DNA from: Azolla caroliniana
Taxonomy: Eukaryota; Plantae; Polypodiophyta
Assembly (NCBI GenBank): GCA_043228905.1
Contig: JBHGNT010000021.1
Location: 310,001 to 374,000, forward strand
DNA length: 64,000 bases
Reading direction: 5' to 3'
This document shows positions 60,300-64,000 of this stretch, piece after piece. Below the pieces are notes generated by a model. It did no database searches, had not been told where the DNA came from, and saw only the letters and a list, made by a program, of their open reading frames with translations. The position numbers were made by a program, and so were the translations under genes. Numbering within the stretch: position 1 is the first letter of the stretch; each line of letters begins with the position of its first letter.

Positions 60300-63200
60300 C
60301 CACTCATGCTGGGTGCAGGGTTTTTCAATTGTAATTTGTAACCCAAAAGAAGGTTGAAATGAAATACTAAGCTGATTTTTCATTGTCCAGATCTTCCATG
60401 AGTACGGTGTTGTAGTCTCGTAGAGGAGCAAAGCTCAATCTTAATGTTCTCTTAACTTTACAATGTAAGCTTTTAAACCGCATAATCTAGACTCCGTACT
60501 TGTCCATTACTTCAGAGGCCATGACAAATCTCCTCCTCAAGCGATGATTGCAAGAGGAGCATGTTTATCTGTGTATGGATGAGATGATGGAACTCCCATA
60601 ATACTCCTTTTGAATGATCAAGATGATTGGTTGGTTTCCCAATTGGCTTCAAACAATGAGCAACCCTTTCATGACATTAAAGACCAATGTGGATATTTTG
60701 ACAGTTTAAAATCCTTGACCTTTCTAGCATTGTACTCATTTCTATTTGTTTCAATGGGGGAGGTTGTTGATGTTAGCAACCATGCATGGAGGACTTGCAA
60801 TCATGTTTCCAAAGCATAAAGTTGTGCATATCATGGCTACGAGTGTGCATTAGGAGGTTAGGTTGAAAAGTTAGTGAGTTAAATTGCTCCATAACACCAA
60901 AGAGTGTAGGGGGTTGTAGTCCAAAGAGTTTATCTCCTACTTTGAGATCAAAGAAGTTGCGTTCTTGGCAATTAGATTTTTCCTTTGCGTTTTACTTGCA
61001 CGTGGGTAAACTCCAAGACCAGTACTTAAAAAACTTACTTGAATGTCTATATTGCTCTTTTGTGGAAGGGTTTCATGATATTGTTGAGCTATGCACATTG
61101 AGCTCCAAGTGGAATCTGAAATTTGCAAAGAACATAATAAAGCTAATAAATGAGTGCGCAACATTGACGTTGTAGGTGGACCAAGAAAGTTTAAAATCTA
61201 AAGCCAATCATTTTATCAACAACATAGAGAATGTGATTTATTTATTTGCTTTATTTTGTCATTAATATGAGGATGGAATGCTTAATTGTGTTTAATTGAG
61301 GTTTGGAGAAATTGAAATCAACATTTCCTAAATGACAGATGATGTATGGACCATGATTAGAAACAATATCTTATGAAAGTGCATGTAATACAAAGCGTAA
61401 GGGTCTTCATGACACCAAAATGATCAATTATACAATGTTATGGCATTCCATTACGATCTTGATGTCACTTGGGTTGTCGAGGATGTAGGTCATGTTTTGG
61501 AGAAGAAGGTGATCTTCAAATGTGAATTGATCCACATCCTCGCATTTAAAGAACTTGGTCAGATGTGTTGAACATTCTTTGATTTCCATGACCAATTGAT
61601 CATAAATAAGTTTTATGATGAATGGGTGTCACAATGGAGTATGGTCCCCCACTAACTACATGGTAGTGGAACATGTTGAATTGCTAATAGGCAAGACGAA
61701 CACTCCACCGAGGAAAGAATTTCCACTTGCTCCATAAAGAAATTTGTCACACCAATACTCCCTTCAACTTTCGTAGATATACTTCGCCTCCATGCCTACC
61801 ATCAAATACAAAAAACATTGTGCATATCCCAATTATGATGCAATCCGCAATACCTTAGAAATAGGAAAACGATCTCCATCTCTGATTTTGGGTCAACATG
61901 TGTGAATTGTGCAAACACCCCCACTGCCCATGCTTCAAATAGCATCGTGATAAAATTTTGCCACTCCCCTCTCTCACACACACATCTTAATTGATCTATA
62001 TCCACTGCATAGAACCATGTTCTCTAGTTCTTCAAAACATGAGAATGTGAAGAAGAAGAAGGAAAAGGTTTGTAATTCCTCTTTTATATATGTACAATTA
62101 CCATACATACATTTGTGTCCTCTTTAACATCTAAAGCAATTCCATAATATTTCTCTATCTTGTATTCTTTTTGTCCCCTTTCCCTTGTATGATCATTCTC
62201 AATTCAAATACTAATGTCAATGTCCATGTTGTTGGAAGGTGTAGTAATGAAGTGTATAACAATTACTTAACAATAACATAATTAAATGATGTATTTCTAC
62301 CTCCTCATTTAACTTTAATGCTTTATGTATTGCATTGAATCATTAGTGATCTCTTTAATGCTAGAAATAGGCTTACAACCTACTTAAGTACACATGGTTC
62401 TCTTGCTAGTTTACATCTATGGCCTTTTGACCAACATATGAGCATGCCTATGGGTCAACAAATGCTATGGACGAATGTAGGCTAAAGAAAGAAATCAACA
62501 ATTATACTAGATTTATATGGGAGGGGGATAGAGCTCAGGAATGGTTGAGATGGCATTATCTTCTACAATTGCATCTAGCATGGGTAGGAAGTTGAAGAAA
62601 CAACGAAGAAAAGGGGGCATGCCTATCCAATTCCTAAAACATCGGATGTAGACTATAGTGGCATCCAACATACGATACAACAGGATAGTCTAATGGAACC
62701 ATGAAGATGTGTGACGATTGTTTACCTTGGTCACGAAAATGGCTTCAATTGTCTTTATGTGGTCCTTAAAACTGTGATGCAATAAGATCGTCCAATGGAA
62801 CCGTTAGGATACATGAGTATCGTCTACCCTAGTTATAGAATGGTCACATGGTCTTTTCTTGGTCCCTAAACATGCAATGCAATAGGATCGCCCAATGCAA
62901 CCATTAGGATGTTTGAGCCTTGTATTTCCTAGTTATAGAAATGGTCATGATGGCGTTTTCCTCGTCCCTAGATGAGCTTCTTTCTAATATCATCAAGCAT
63001 GCACCCTTGAATCTTGTGGTTCTCGTCCAATATCTCAAAATGAGGCATGAGAGACTGATTTTAGAGAGTTGCCTCTATAGCTCATTAGTCATGTCCATCT
63101 CATCTTGGTATTTGGTTGCTTGTCAAATCATTGTCTCATTGACCCACTAGGGGAGGCAATATTGCTACTCAAGTTTGCCAATCCTCAAACATGTGTTGCT

Positions 63201-63700
63201 AATGTGGATTTTGGATTAGGCAACAATTTCACAACCACCAAGAATATCAAATCATGTGATTGTGTTGTGAAAGCCAATTATAACGATGCAAATACCAAGT
63301 GTTGGAGCAAGAAAACATTTGAAAAAGGAATTTGGTTTTAGTTGAAGAACCCTACTCAAATGAGACTATACACATAACAATCACGATGACCAAGAAACAT
63401 ATTGATTCCATGGACTAACAAAGTAACATAATTGTATTTATGGGTGACAACATCACCAACTCCCATGTTTTTTAAAGAGAAAAATGTTAAGCCTAAGAGA
63501 TTACCTCATTTAGGCCTTCTTCTTCTCATCATCGAAACATGTATAGTTCTATGCTTAAATTGTCAACATTACAAAAATAGCACACGCAAATGGTTCTTAG
63601 AGAATGTTCTAGGAAAGAGAAGGAATAATATTCTAGGAAAGTGTGAAACCTACTAAAATATTTAACCACTTTAGATCCATACCATAACAATTATCTACTC
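60300..63700 (-). mobile_element. Highly decayed Ty3/gypsy-like remnant
   Basis: Minus-strand traces KIVMECHNIV..DHFGVMKTL (integrase zinc finger, ~61400-61460) and DIVSNHGP (integrase core, ~61350); boundaries approximate. Confidence 0.4.
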
Positions 63701-64000
63701 ACAAAACTCACTTGCAAAAATATATCAACATAAATGTGCTCCATAAATTCTATTTTCAAGCTAATACATGATTTGGGAACTCCCACAACAATGTTCTACA
63801 CTCAAAACTACTCCCTTGCAATATATCAATAGAAAGATCTTGAGAAAGTTCAATCAACACTAAACCCAAATCCCAAATCAATAGAAAGACATGCATTGCA
63901 AATTCCAAATCTATTGGAATATTCTTGGGTACAATCTTGCTTTATTTCCTAGCAACACTAACCCCCTTTTTTGTCAATCAACACTGACCCCAAATCCTTT

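Overview
Intron-containing land-plant nuclear DNA; the PLS-PPR wording and the transposon types suggest a fern or other seed-free plant (inference). Four host genes lie on the minus strand. (1) A secreted GEX2-like filamin/Ig-repeat protein built from symmetric phase-1 exons (16460 to at least 2282, running off the left end). (2) DEAD-box helicase RH42/PRP5 (25822-21474). (3) Plastid GAR synthetase PurD (47459-43247). (4) ATG2 (59590-50936). A PLS-E class PPR pseudogene (41893-33944) is split by a complete 5.65 kb non-autonomous LTR retrotransposon (34123-39774). That element has a tRNA-Trp primer site, a 4-bp ACGT target duplication and a gag-like ORF followed by a repeat-rich region instead of pol. 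A related pol-bearing gypsy element (27070-~31105) also sits next to ACGT. The rest is transposon-derived: an intronic copia with an open gag, an RTEX/CR1-like LINE with a (CTTT)n tail nested in an older copy of its own family, several decayed copia/gypsy pieces, and tandem repeats. All calls were made by eye, without database searches.
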